Source: Promethearchaeota archaeon | Lineage (GTDB): Archaea > Asgardarchaeota > Lokiarchaeia > Sigyniarchaeales > SOKP01 | Reading direction: 5' to 3' | Assembly (NCBI GenBank): GCA_019057865.1 | Contig: JAHLWP010000013.1 | Span: forward strand, 26,181 to 90,180 | DNA length: 64,000 nucleotides | In this document: one piece after another, positions 51,098-61,779 of the stretch | Layout: every line of letters begins with the position of its first letter | How positions within the stretch are numbered: the first letter of the stretch is position 1 | Notes under the pieces: model-generated | Told to the model about the DNA's origin: nothing | The model's database searches: none | Seen by the model: only the letters and a program-made list of their open reading frames with translations | Program-made: the position numbers and the translations under genes

Positions 51098-54000
51098 ATG
51101 GCTAGCGAAACTATCAATTATAATGAGTTTTCAGATGATAAAATCTTTAGTATTTTTGAGAATGCTATATTAGAAGGAGTCAAAACAAAGTATTATGAAA
51201 AATTAAAATTTGGAAAACCATTAAAATCAAAATATTTGATTATTGAAAGTGATCCTGAATCTTATACAAGAAGAAAACTAGAGCCTTGTATTAAAAAATT
51301 TTTTCCTGATTTTGATTTACATGCTGAAATTCATAAAAAAACAAGCTTAGGTAATTTAAGAAAACCGGATGGTTTTATAATTTCAAAAGATCAAAAAATA
51401 AATAAAAATCTTCTTATTGAATGGGAGCCTTTTAATGAAGATCTTAGAGTTAAAAGAGAACATGGCGTAAACCAAGCAAAATTGTGGATTTCAGACATTA
51501 ATATTGGAAATCAAAACAATGCTTTAGTTACTAATGGAAAGGAATGGATTTTCATCACTACTCAAGAAATGAAAAATGAGATTAGAGTAATTGAACGAGA
51601 TTTAACAATTAAAGAAGCATTCAAATTAATGGAAAATATTTATAATGATGAAAAAATTCAAGAAAAATCATTAGATGAAGCTATTGATATCACTGAAAAG
51701 TTTTATAACTGGTATATAGCATTAATTCATGGAGGAGAATATATTGATAAAGAAAATAAAAAGAAGATACTACCAAAAGAAGATTCCTTAATAAATAATG
51801 TGTTAAATGCTTCATCTGAAAAAGAAAAACAAAATTTTATCAGGTTAAATTTTTTTCGATTAATTTTTATTAGAATTTTAACAGAATATGGGATTATCCG
51901 AGGTGATATTCTTAATTATTTAAGCAATATCGAACCAGAAAATTTTTATAATCGAATCAACCAGCTTTATTTCGAGAGTTTAAATACACCCTTAAATGAA
52001 AGAGAAAACATTCCTAAAACTTATTATAATATTCCATATTTAAATGGTGACTTATTTAGAGAAAAACCAATAGACATAAAAGGTTTAAGAATACGAAGAA
52101 ATTCTTTTATAAAAGCGATTCAATTTTTAAGGACATTCCACTTTAAGAAAGAATATGAAGATATTCAGAATAATTATAAGATAGATAATACAATAGATCC
52201 TGAAATCTTAGGTCACATTTTTGAAAAGACAATTGAAGATAGGAAGAGTAGTGGTATCTATTACACTCCTCAATTAATAACTCAATTCATGGCTAAGGAA
52301 ATTATTGAAAATTATGTAAAAAAGAGAATCATTAATTATTTAAAAGAAAAAAACGATTTACAATGGAAATATATCGAGCAATTAGAAGATATTTATGATT
52401 TACCTAATGTTATTTTAAAAAAAATCTTTTTTACTATAATTAAAAAACTAAAAATTTGTGATCCCGCTGTAGGATCAGGGGCATTTCTTTTAAGTTGTGG
52501 AAATATCCTTTTTCAGGTAAGAAAACAAATGATGAAAAAATTAGGATTATATGAAAATGAATATGAAATAAAAAAAGAGATAATTCAAGATAACCTATAT
52601 GGAGTAGATATTAAAGAAGCTGCTGTTGATATATGTAAATTAAGATTATGGCTCTGGATAATTCAGAAGCAAGAACCTGAACCCTTACCTAATATTGATT
52701 TTAATATAAGAAAGGGTAATTCTTTGATTGGCTATACAAATCTTGAAACTATTAAAATTGATGTTGAAGATATTAGTTCTTGGGTAAAAAAAGCAGATTT
52801 AGCAGATATTTTTATGGAACGGAATAATTTAATAAAAGAATACTACTCTGTAAGAAATCCTTCTCATCAAAGAAAACTTAAAGAAGATATTGATGAATTA
52901 ACAAAAATTTTTAACATAAAATTAAACGATGCGATACAGAACGACTTAAAAAAAGAAAAAGTCAATATCAAAACATCAGAAATTTCTGATCTTAGTTTTT
53001 TTCATTGGATTATGGAATTTTCTGAAGTTTTCGAAAAAAATAACGGTTTTGACATTATTATTGGTAACCCGCCATATTTTAGAATAACTTTTGCACCTAA
53101 GACTGAACAAAGAATAATTGGAAGGTTAGGGATTCTAAAGAACTATCATCATGGTCAAGGGGATATTTATTATGATTTTACTGTTCGGTGTTTTGAGTTA
53201 TTAAGAGAAGGTGGACAATTTATTTTTATAACTTCCCGTTATTGGTTAGAATCTGCATATGCTAATTATTTAAAAAAATATTTGAAGGAAAAGGTAAATC
53301 TTATAAAGATAGTAGACTTTAGAGAACAATTAATCTTTAAAGGAGTGGACATACATAATTCTATCCTTTATTATGAAAAGGAGAATCCCAATTTATCAAA
53401 TAATAATTTTAATGTATATTTATTTAATGAAAACCTTCCTGTTAATTTAAAAAGTGCAAATTTGAAAGATTATTTGGAAGATATCGGATATTTCAATATA
53501 AATGAGTGGAATTTTGATGAAAATTGGGCATTTGTGCCAAAAGAACATAAGGAACTCTTTAAAAAGATTAAGAAAACGAAAACTAAATTAGGGGATGATT
53601 ATAATTGTAATCAGTATACAAACTCATTTAGAAAAAGGCATAAACCAATATTAATATTTGAGGAAAAACCTAATAATTTACCCGAAAAATTCTTAAGAAA
53701 TTACCGAAAAATGGGTGAAATTAAAAATTATATTGTAGAACCTCATTTAAATAAATTTGCTATTGTAATTCATAATAAAGATGAAGCTTGGGATAATACT
53801 AAATTAAAGCAATATCTATCATCAAAGAATATTTTAAAATCCGATTTAATTGAAATTAAAAAGAATAGTGAAAAAAATATAGATAAATATCAAGAGATAA
53901 TTTATGTTGGTTATCGAATCCCAAGATTATCTTATAATTTTGTTTATGTAGATGATAATACTTGGGTAGATAATACATACTTTATAACCAAGAAAAAAGC

Positions 54001-54355
54001 AACAGCATTCCCATTAAAGTATTTAATCGCTGTTCTTAATTCTGATTTAATGAGATATTATATTGATATTGTGGGAAAGAAAAAGGAGAATGAAATTGAG
54101 ATTGGATCAACTTTTTTAAAAAATTTACCAATAATACAGCGACGTGGATCCTTAACAGATGATACTCTTATTTTAATTGATAAAATTGAAAACCAAGTAT
54201 CTAAAATTATAGAATTAGAAAGAAGAAATAAAAATATTGATGATCAAATAATTGAATTAAATAAGAAGATTTATTCTCTTTATGAGATTAATGAAGAAGA
54301 ACGAATTTTAATTCAAAATTATATCTCTGAGATAAATTTAAAATTATTTCAGTAA
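51098..54355 (+). CDS. Type IIG fused restriction-modification enzyme (Eco57I-like N6-adenine MTase)
   Basis: N-terminal PD..ExE nuclease-like domain, LVTNG..W, GIYYTP, DPAVGSGAF, GNPPY, TRD with LNS motif. Confidence 0.92.
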   Translation: MASETINYNEFSDDKIFSIFENAILEGVKTKYYEKLKFGKPLKSKYLIIESDPESYTRRKLEPCIKKFFPDFDLHAEIHKKTSLGNLRKPDGFIISKDQKINKNLLIEWEPFNEDLRVKREHGVNQAKLWISDINIGNQNNALVTNGKEWIFITTQEMKNEIRVIERDLTIKEAFKLMENIYNDEKIQEKSLDEAIDITEKFYNWYIALIHGGEYIDKENKKKILPKEDSLINNVLNASSEKEKQNFIRLNFFRLIFIRILTEYGIIRGDILNYLSNIEPENFYNRINQLYFESLNTPLNERENIPKTYYNIPYLNGDLFREKPIDIKGLRIRRNSFIKAIQFLRTFHFKKEYEDIQNNYKIDNTIDPEILGHIFEKTIEDRKSSGIYYTPQLITQFMAKEIIENYVKKRIINYLKEKNDLQWKYIEQLEDIYDLPNVILKKIFFTIIKKLKICDPAVGSGAFLLSCGNILFQVRKQMMKKLGLYENEYEIKKEIIQDNLYGVDIKEAAVDICKLRLWLWIIQKQEPEPLPNIDFNIRKGNSLIGYTNLETIKIDVEDISSWVKKADLADIFMERNNLIKEYYSVRNPSHQRKLKEDIDELTKIFNIKLNDAIQNDLKKEKVNIKTSEISDLSFFHWIMEFSEVFEKNNGFDIIIGNPPYFRITFAPKTEQRIIGRLGILKNYHHGQGDIYYDFTVRCFELLREGGQFIFITSRYWLESAYANYLKKYLKEKVNLIKIVDFREQLIFKGVDIHNSILYYEKENPNLSNNNFNVYLFNENLPVNLKSANLKDYLEDIGYFNINEWNFDENWAFVPKEHKELFKKIKKTKTKLGDDYNCNQYTNSFRKRHKPILIFEEKPNNLPEKFLRNYRKMGEIKNYIVEPHLNKFAIVIHNKDEAWDNTKLKQYLSSKNILKSDLIEIKKNSEKNIDKYQEIIYVGYRIPRLSYNFVYVDDNTWVDNTYFITKKKATAFPLKYLIAVLNSDLMRYYIDIVGKKKENEIEIGSTFLKNLPIIQRRGSLTDDTLILIDKIENQVSKIIELERRNKNIDDQIIELNKKIYSLYEINEEERILIQNYISEINLKLFQ

Positions 54356-54407
54356 TTTTTGGAGTAATATTTTTAACTGTCTTTAATAAAGAAGTAAATA
54401 AGAAAAG

Positions 54408-54785
54408 TTAATCTCTCTTAATTATAATATCCTCAATCCCAATCCACTCCTTTGCCTCCTCCAGACTAGCCACAATTTTTCTTTTAGAGGACTCTGCTCT
54501 TTCTAATAAAATTTGAGCTTCTTTATCTAAAACAGGATTATCTGCTACAATATAGGCCGATCTCACTAATCTATCGTTATTTTTTTTAAGGAAATCTAAT
54601 ATAATCTCAAAAGATTTAAGATTAAGTAATATAAAATCTAATCCATCGACTATAACAGAAAAAGATGATAAATTCTTTGTCTTTTCATTAAATTCACTTA
54701 TAAAACGTTCAGCAACGGAAGGTGGCATTGTCCCTAGCGCTTTTGTATAGAATTCATTTTCACCTATTTTCTCAATCCGGAACAT
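54408..54785 (-). CDS. STAS/SpoIIAA-like small protein
   Basis: C-terminal 'SLEEAKEWI' motif. Confidence 0.55.
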   Translation of the reverse strand: MFRIEKIGENEFYTKALGTMPPSVAERFISEFNEKTKNLSSFSVIVDGLDFILLNLKSFEIILDFLKKNNDRLVRSAYIVADNPVLDKEAQILLERAESSKRKIVASLEEAKEWIGIEDIIIKRD

Positions 54786-54973
54786 TGTTTTAATTTCGAA
54801 TTTCTTTAGCTTTTAAATAAATAATTGTTAATTTTTCATATTAATTTTATCACAATTTTCCAATTTTCACTTAAAAAATGGAACGATCAATATGAAACAG
54901 CTTTAAGATCGTGAAATCGGGCTTTCACGAAAATTTTTCTTCAAAATAATTCCAAAAAAGGAAAGCAGGAATC

Positions 54974-55452
54974 TTATTTTCTTCTTTTCTTTTTAATTAT
55001 TTCTATAAATTCTATTATTGTTCCAAAAATTTTCTCAGTATTCATGTAAGATATTTTAGTCTAGGTGGAAATGTACCAGTTTGTATAGGTTCTATACCTT
55101 GCTTTTGGAATTCATCAATATATTCTTGTAAATTATCAATAAAAACACCAAAATGATGAATTCCTTCTCTTTTAGTGTCATTGAATTCTTTATAAACGCA
55201 ATCACCTTCAATCCATTGAAAAATCTCGATTTGCACATTGAAACATCGACTAATTCCTAATTTTAAAGAAAATTTTGTATCCTTGCCCCGATATTTAGCT
55301 GAATGGTCCAGATCTTCAGAAAAGATGAATTTTGGCATGTTAAAAAGAGATTCCATAATTTTTGCTTGTTTTTCAACATCCTTGTAGATATAACATATAT
55401 GATTTATTTTCAGATTTCCTAGATCAATACCTATACTCTTTTCCATTTTCAA
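54974..55452 (-). pseudogene. VOC/methylmalonyl-CoA epimerase-like gene with a frameshift near 55050
   Basis: HICY..KDVE, EGIHHFG; the C-terminal YMNTEKIFGTIIEFIE continues in another frame. Confidence 0.7.
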
Positions 55453-55614
55453 TCGATAATAATATATTGATTTGATAAAGTATATTTCAATCTTAAGGTA
55501 TAAAAAAATATATAAAAAGAAAAATTGTCATTCAAAATAAAAAGAAATAATCCTAAAAAACAAAAATATCTAAAATAATTAAAAAAAAAGAAGAATTAAC
55601 GCTCTATATAATGG

Positions 55615-55911
55615 ATGATTCATGTGAAAAAAATTATAATTTACGATTATAAAACCAAAGAAAACGAAACTCATAGCCTTGTTGCTGAAATAAATGATAA
55701 TGGTGATCTAGTCCTATCAGGATACGATTGTGGTCAATCAGTAAAAGAATTTTTTGGAGATTATGATCACGAATATTGGTTAACGGTAAAATCAGAGAAT
55801 ATTCCTGAAGTTTTATTACATTTAATAAAAGAAAGTTTTAAAAGCGACACAGAATTTAGAGATTGGCTTGAAAAAAAGAATATCCAATTTAAGTTCTATT
55901 CATATACTTAA
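55615..55911 (+). CDS. Hypothetical protein
   Basis: 98-aa ORF. Confidence 0.65.
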   Translation: MIHVKKIIIYDYKTKENETHSLVAEINDNGDLVLSGYDCGQSVKEFFGDYDHEYWLTVKSENIPEVLLHLIKESFKSDTEFRDWLEKKNIQFKFYSYT

Positions 55912-55933
55912 ATAGATAACTTTGTCATCTGAA

Positions 55934-55959
55934 ACTTTTTCTTTAATCGCTGAAATTGA
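55934..55959 (+). repeat. 26-bp direct repeat A, copy 1 (copy 2 at 59293-59318)
   Basis: actttttctttaatc[g/c]ctgaaattga, 1 mismatch. Confidence 0.8.
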
Positions 55960-55997
55960 ATTACTCTATTATTAAACTTTTCAACCCTAACGGTCTC

Positions 55998-56038
55998 TTT
56001 TTAACCTTATCAAAAATTTTAAGATAAAAAGCAATAGC
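55998..56038 (+). repeat. 41-bp direct repeat B, copy 1 (copy 2 at 58343-58383)
   Basis: tttttaaccttatcaaaaatYttaagaWaaaaagYaatagc, 3 mismatches. Confidence 0.85.
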
Positions 56039-56121
56039 GAAATAAATTTGATTTGATTTAATAGATTTGAATTAATAATAAAAGAAAATGTTTGACTTTA
56101 ATTTACTGTTCAATAGAAAGA

Positions 56122-58026
56122 TTATTTCTTTTTTATTTTTGTCCCACATTGTGCACATATAATTGCCTTCTTATTTAATTTATACCCGCAAAATTCACAA
56201 ATATAAGAAAAATCTTTAGGTTTCTCTTTTTTTTTAACTGAAATAGATAGTATTGGTTGTAATTCTTCTGTTTTCATTTGGGGAGCAACTATTACTGGTT
56301 TCTCAATTTTCTCATCTGTAATTAATGGAATCGGCTGTAGTTCTTCAACTTTTTCACCGCATTTAACACAAAATTTTGCTTCTAAGGATAATTCCTGCCC
56401 ACAATGAGGACATTTTTTAACTGGTTTCACTTTTTTCTCATCTGTAATTGATGGAATCGGTTGCACTACTTCAGCTTTTAGCTCTTTTTCAATGGTATCT
56501 ACTGGAGATTCGATAATTCGATCTGCTTTTTCACTTACCTCTTTATCCAGAACTTCTCCCTTTCTTAGCGTTTCTTTTTTTAAAAGGGCTTCATCTATTT
56601 TATAGTCTTCAAAATTCTTGATTTCAATAGGCCTTTCTGTTGGAGCTCTCAATAAGGAATAGTAAGCAATGCCATCCTTTTGTTCAGATTGAAGGATTCT
56701 TTCTCTTTGAAAAATTAATTTATTCAACATCCCTTTTATATTCTTTTTGAAATATTTAAGCTTATTTGGATTTTCAATATAAGTCCCTAATTTATCTAGT
56801 AAAGCTTTAGCTGTGAATGATTTCCCCTTATTCATTTTGAAATAATTGATTAATAAATCTTCTAATCCATTAATAACTTTTTCTGCTTCAATTCGTTGCT
56901 TATCAAATATAGATTTTTCTACAAGCATCAAATCATCGCTTAAATTATACTCTCGAAGAAATACATTACTCTTATATCCTTCCTTTACCCATTGTAGAGT
57001 CTTTTCATCTTGGTTTAGTTTTGCATAAGTTCTTGCTTTCTCTAAACACTCCTTAGTATATTGTTGCCTTAAATTTCTTATCTCACTATGAAATGTATTA
57101 TACCTCTGTTTAAATGCCTCTAAAGATTCATAAAGGGGTTCTCGACGTAATTTACAAAAGAAAACATTGTTAATTATCATTTCACCTTCCGATGTGAATG
57201 CCACTTTATTCCATGGTAAATAATGAAGACCAGTAGCCTCTTGTCTTATGACGGATGGTATAAATAAACACAAACCTTTAGAAGTCATTAAAACATCAGT
57301 AATTAAGCTTCCTTTATCCCTTTCGATTCCCTTTATATAGCCTATACCAGCGCCTATACCAGCACCTATACCATATATAGCAGCAACTACTGGTGGTAAT
57401 TTCAACCTCCCAAATCCTTTTTTATTTTCACCACCATAATTTCCTCCCTGAGGCGTAAATTTCACAGCCCAACTCATTTTTAATTCAGTGCTATAAATGA
57501 GATCATCCTCAGGTGGAATAATGTCTAATAAAGGAGATCTTGCTATTGGAATATAATAATTCTTTCCGTAATTAATACCATTCAATAATGCAGATTTTAC
57601 TCGTTGAGCTTTAGTATTATTTGGATTATAAGCTAAAGCTTTATCAACACATTCTAAAGCTTCTTTAAAATGTTTAAATTGCTCATGAACATAAGCCATT
57701 TGAAGCCAATATTTATTAGGGTGTATGTTTAATGCTTCATTACAACAATTAAGTGCTTCTTCATATTTGTTAAAATGAAATAATATGTACATTTTAGTTA
57801 ACCATGCATCGGCTGAAGAGGATTTTAATTCTAAAGCTCTATCAATGCATGTATTTGCCTCTTCATAATTTTTAAGATAATAGAGAGCTTTTCCCTTCTC
57901 ACGCCATGCTAATTCAAATTTTGGAAATTTTTCTATTACCCTGTTAAATTTATTAATCGCAGCTTTGTACTTTCCTTTTTTAAATAATTGCTTTCCTTTT
58001 TCAAAAATAGGTTTTTTTTTTTGCAT
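56122..58026 (-). CDS. TPR protein with C-terminal double zinc ribbons
   Basis: About 4 TPRs; CPHCG..FCVKCG; CEFCG..ICAQCG. Confidence 0.85.
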   Translation of the reverse strand: MQKKKPIFEKGKQLFKKGKYKAAINKFNRVIEKFPKFELAWREKGKALYYLKNYEEANTCIDRALELKSSSADAWLTKMYILFHFNKYEEALNCCNEALNIHPNKYWLQMAYVHEQFKHFKEALECVDKALAYNPNNTKAQRVKSALLNGINYGKNYYIPIARSPLLDIIPPEDDLIYSTELKMSWAVKFTPQGGNYGGENKKGFGRLKLPPVVAAIYGIGAGIGAGIGYIKGIERDKGSLITDVLMTSKGLCLFIPSVIRQEATGLHYLPWNKVAFTSEGEMIINNVFFCKLRREPLYESLEAFKQRYNTFHSEIRNLRQQYTKECLEKARTYAKLNQDEKTLQWVKEGYKSNVFLREYNLSDDLMLVEKSIFDKQRIEAEKVINGLEDLLINYFKMNKGKSFTAKALLDKLGTYIENPNKLKYFKKNIKGMLNKLIFQRERILQSEQKDGIAYYSLLRAPTERPIEIKNFEDYKIDEALLKKETLRKGEVLDKEVSEKADRIIESPVDTIEKELKAEVVQPIPSITDEKKVKPVKKCPHCGQELSLEAKFCVKCGEKVEELQPIPLITDEKIEKPVIVAPQMKTEELQPILSISVKKKEKPKDFSYICEFCGYKLNKKAIICAQCGTKIKKK

Positions 58027-58342
58027 AAGTAATCAATATTATTGTTTTCAGATTTGATTTTATTTTAACTAAAAATGGATAGACTCGTATTTAAAAAGAT
58101 GATATATGAATATTTAATACTAATTATTGGAAAAAGAAGTATCATAAACTAACAATTTTAATTTTCTTCGAAAACCGTATTTGAAACGTACAGATTGGTA
58201 TTTTGAAAAAAAAGAAACGTTTATCAAAAGATTCCTAAATAAAGAAAGAATGTAGTAGAATAACATGTATAATTTCTTTTTACCTTTAAAATTGGTCTTA
58301 AACATTTTATTTATTTTTTTGTCTAAACAATAAATGGATCTT

Positions 58343-58383
58343 TTTTTAACCTTATCAAAAATCTTAAGAAAAAAAGTAATAGC
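58343..58383 (+). repeat. 41-bp direct repeat B, copy 2
   Basis: Matches 55998-56038. Confidence 0.85.
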
Positions 58384-58470
58384 TTATAGAATAAAGATTT
58401 AAATACTATTCAAACAATAGTCTTATTATTTAAAATTTAATTGAACATAATTCCTTGAAGATGTGAGAAT

Positions 58471-59280
58471 ATGACTGATGGAATCTTTATAATACGAGGT
58501 GGTTACTTCGGGTGGGAATTTACACATAAACTCCTTTACGTTATATTCGGACTTATCCTTTGCATTTATGATTGGAAAAAAAATAAAAGAAAAGATTATT
58601 TCTGGATATTTATATTTGGGACAATGTTGTATCTTGGATCTGAAATAATGCTATATACCTTTGGAGGGCGTGTTATGCAGGATAAACTTTTATTCGGTAT
58701 GGATATTACTTCCATGACTTGGCTATGGATTCCACTGTTGGCGGTAGGTGATGTCGTAATGTTAGCAGTGATAGCTTTACTTTTCGCTGATAGAATAAGA
58801 AACTCAGAAACGCGAAAAAAGTGGGGAATTCTTTTCATAGTATGGGTGTTTTGTAGAGATGCATTACCGTACCTAATCATTTTTGGTTTGGGTGACACAT
58901 TTGATACTATTTCCATTGGAGAAGATCTCATTTATTCTAGAAGAAATATGATAGAAATGGGCACACTAATATCTTTGTCAATTATGGTTGGTATCGCAAT
59001 AATCTGGCTCGTTAAAACAGATAAGAAATCAAGAAAGCGAGGATTATATATGCTTGGCGTAATGCTTATTCTGATGACAGTATGGAGTTTCGGAGAATGG
59101 CTCGCGGGTCAACGATGGATCGAGGTTGGACCGGAAGAAGGTCCTTGGGATCTCGCTCCCCCTCTCCTACAATTTGCGATGTTCACTTATGATATTGTAA
59201 TTGAAATGGGGCTTTTTACGTTGTGTTTTCTAGCAATACCCTCCTTTTTAAAATTAATAAAATCTGAAAAACAAGATTAA
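58471..59280 (+). CDS. Multi-pass membrane protein
   Basis: About 7 TM segments; higher GC than the flanks. Confidence 0.75.
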   Translation: MTDGIFIIRGGYFGWEFTHKLLYVIFGLILCIYDWKKNKRKDYFWIFIFGTMLYLGSEIMLYTFGGRVMQDKLLFGMDITSMTWLWIPLLAVGDVVMLAVIALLFADRIRNSETRKKWGILFIVWVFCRDALPYLIIFGLGDTFDTISIGEDLIYSRRNMIEMGTLISLSIMVGIAIIWLVKTDKKSRKRGLYMLGVMLILMTVWSFGEWLAGQRWIEVGPEEGPWDLAPPLLQFAMFTYDIVIEMGLFTLCFLAIPSFLKLIKSEKQD

Positions 59281-59292
59281 TCTTTTTTTTTT

Positions 59293-59318
59293 ACTTTTTC
59301 TTTAATCCCTGAAATTGA
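59293..59318 (+). repeat. 26-bp direct repeat A, copy 2
   Basis: Matches 55934-55959. Confidence 0.8.
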
Positions 59319-59333
59319 TTTTCAATTTATCTT

Positions 59334-59720
59334 TTAAGCAAAGATTGCAACTATAAAACAACATAATGTAATAACTATTGCAATAGGGGTCATTATTCGT
59401 TTTTCCCATTTACTTCTTGAAATCATATTCATTAACACACCAAGAGTAAAATAAACAGCTAATATCCAAACTATAACTAAAGAAACCATAGGATTATTAA
59501 ATATCTTTATTAGTTCTACTCGTTCTAATACGATTATTGAACTAAAAATGAAAATCCCAATTGCGACTACGCTCATAATTCTTAACTTTTTAGGGAGTTT
59601 TTTATACTTCCCTCCATAAGCTAAATGGCCTAACGGTAAACCCAATACGAGTAAAAATTGAAATACACTCATTATAATGAACAAGATAATCAGTAAAATT
59701 GCCGCTATAATTACTATCAT
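59334..59720 (-). CDS. Small 4-TM membrane protein
   Basis: FQ.LL.LG.PLG..AYGG...LP..LR, SRSKWE motif. Confidence 0.75.
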   Translation of the reverse strand: MIVIIAAILLIILFIIMSVFQFLLVLGLPLGHLAYGGKYKKLPKKLRIMSVVAIGIFIFSSIIVLERVELIKIFNNPMVSLVIVWILAVYFTLGVLMNMISRSKWEKRIMTPIAIVITLCCFIVAIFA

Positions 59721-59944
59721 GTGATCTTATTCTCTTGTTATTTTTTTTTTAATTTTAGAGATTTTTAAGTATATTATAACTTTACTGTAATAATCTATAA
59801 ATCTAATTTGATTAAAATTCTATAGTTGAGATTTACTTCTTCAAAAAGCAACAATCTGTTCTATTTGCAATTAATGGACTCCCGTTAATTAATCAATCAT
59901 TTTTGAGATGAATATATTAAATACCTAAAAATTAAAATGCGAAA

Positions 59945-60694
59945 ATGAGAATGTCAAATATAGGTGTTAGAAAAGAATTCCATGAAAGTGGGAAATATTT
60001 TCGAGTTGCTGCAATTTTAACGATTGTAAGCATCACCGCAGGAATAGCTGGTTTTATAGCAATGATTTTTGTTTTCATTGCAATGGGGTGCCTTAAAAGG
60101 GCAAATTACACTTTAGATAACTCATCGTTACATGAATTTCGCTCAAAATACATCAGAGGATTTATATCAAGAATATGTGGTATGGTCGTCTTGATCACCG
60201 GAGTTGTTAACCTTGTTTTCTTTTTCTTTTTCTCAACCTCATTCCCTTTCTATATCTCGCTCTATTTACCTATAATTCTTATGATATCGGGGTTAGTGTT
60301 AATATACGTAGGTGTGGCAGCTGAAATGAAAGCGTGGAAAAATCTGAAAATATTTTTTGAGAATAATTTTAAGATGTTTCCAGCTGATATATCTGAAGAG
60401 GCAATTAAGGGGTGCGATAAACTAAAAACAGGTACGCTCTTAAGCTCATTATGGTTTTTAATCATCCCGGCAATCATCGGCTTTATCTATCAAGTGAAAG
60501 GATATTTTATGCTCGCAACATTAAACAAATTGTCGACTTATGACGCTCCAGAATCTACAGAACTGCAAGCTTCCTTACCTAAACCTCAACCAGTAAACAA
60601 CCTTGAACGAAAAATCAAATTTTGCCCAAATTGTGGAGCAAAATTATCTGTATTAGGAAAATTTTGTGCTTTATGCGGTTCAGAAATTAGCTAA
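59945..60694 (+). CDS. Membrane protein with C-terminal zinc ribbon
   Basis: TM segments plus FCPNCG...FCALCG. Confidence 0.8.
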   Translation: MRMSNIGVRKEFHESGKYFRVAAILTIVSITAGIAGFIAMIFVFIAMGCLKRANYTLDNSSLHEFRSKYIRGFISRICGMVVLITGVVNLVFFFFFSTSFPFYISLYLPIILMISGLVLIYVGVAAEMKAWKNLKIFFENNFKMFPADISEEAIKGCDKLKTGTLLSSLWFLIIPAIIGFIYQVKGYFMLATLNKLSTYDAPESTELQASLPKPQPVNNLERKIKFCPNCGAKLSVLGKFCALCGSEIS

Positions 60695-60728
60695 AAAAAT
60701 TTTTTTTAATTTTTTACTTTTTTTTCTT

Positions 60729-61377
60729 TCAATTTCTTTCAAAGACATTTATTGAAAAATTCTCTCCAGGTTTAATTATCAATAGATCTTTTATTATGTT
60801 TTGGAGATAGTGATATTCTCCTTTAAACTCAACTAATAGAAAAGGCATGTCATATTTTTTTTTTGAAATTAACAAGAAAATTCTGAATAAAATTGCTTTT
60901 ACCAGAACCTGTAGCCCCACATACAAACATATGCCTTTCAAGGTCATTAATCGGAAGGAAAAATTTATGTTTTTTTCTTGACTTTTTCATTGTTTTTCCT
61001 ATTTCAATTTTACCAAGACGAGATTTAAATAAAGAAGGACAATCAAGATCTATTACATCTTGATCTCTAATAAAAAATGAATATATAAGTAAAATTAATG
61101 AACCAAATAAAAACATCTGAATTATGCTTAAAAAAAGTGTATCACTGAGAGATTCTGACACATTTGAATCCGTATATAATTCCCAGTTTAAACAATATTC
61201 TATAAAAGAGAGAATCATAAGAATGTCAATAATAATATTTAATGTTAGTACCCTATATTCCTTTTTTTTAAAAAAAATCAATATGAAATTTAGAAAAAAC
61301 AATAAGAAATTTAATATTAAATAAATTTGAATGCTAAACATATGTCTTTTGTTTAGATAGAAATATTTTAAACTCAA
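60729..61377 (-). pseudogene. Frameshifted, truncated HerA/VirB4-like (DUF87) ATPase with N-terminal TMs
   Basis: RHMFVCGATGSGKS; an A10 run shifts the frame into YDMPFLLVEFKGEY; stops shortly after. Confidence 0.8.
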
Positions 61378-61508
61378 CTAAATGTTATAGTTTAAAACAC
61401 CGATCGACTGATACCGGGTTTTAAATAGGGAATAAAGTCAATTATCTCAATTAAAATTAATCCATTGTAGCCCAATGGTGAATATGTAATTGATTAACTT
61501 GAAAAGAG

Positions 61509-61643
61509 TGGGGACTGAGGGATAATTTCATGGAACGCGAAGCATGCACCCCATTTTGAACCCCCGACCGACAGGTGTCCACGGAATAGCTTTTGCTTAT
61601 AGGATCTGGAGCCTGCTGTGCTACCGGGCTACACCAAGTCCCC
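61509..61643 (-). tRNA. tRNA-Trp(CCA) with two introns (anticodon loop about 61577-61605; T-loop 61523-61554)
   Basis: Acceptor GGGGACT/AGTCCCC, anticodon stem GCAGG/CCTGT around CTCCAGA, T-arm GGGGG-TTCAAAT-CCCTC after splicing. Confidence 0.92.
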
Positions 61644-61779
61644 ATAGAGAGGTTAATTTGATAAAGAATGTATGAAATTTATAACTTTTTCTAATTTTAA
61701 TACTTTTCTTTGATTAATTAGTAAAAGTAGAAATAACTTAAGAATTAAAAGTTCATGTAATTGAAGAAAATTGAAAAAA

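Noticed and set aside
54909-54930. Hairpin TCGTGAAA-tcgggc-TTTCACGA
   Set aside because: Single 8-bp inverted repeat. It could be an operator or terminator but has no further support.
61457-61645. 62-aa ORF
   Set aside because: Overlaps the tRNA-Trp gene; a GC-rich artefact.
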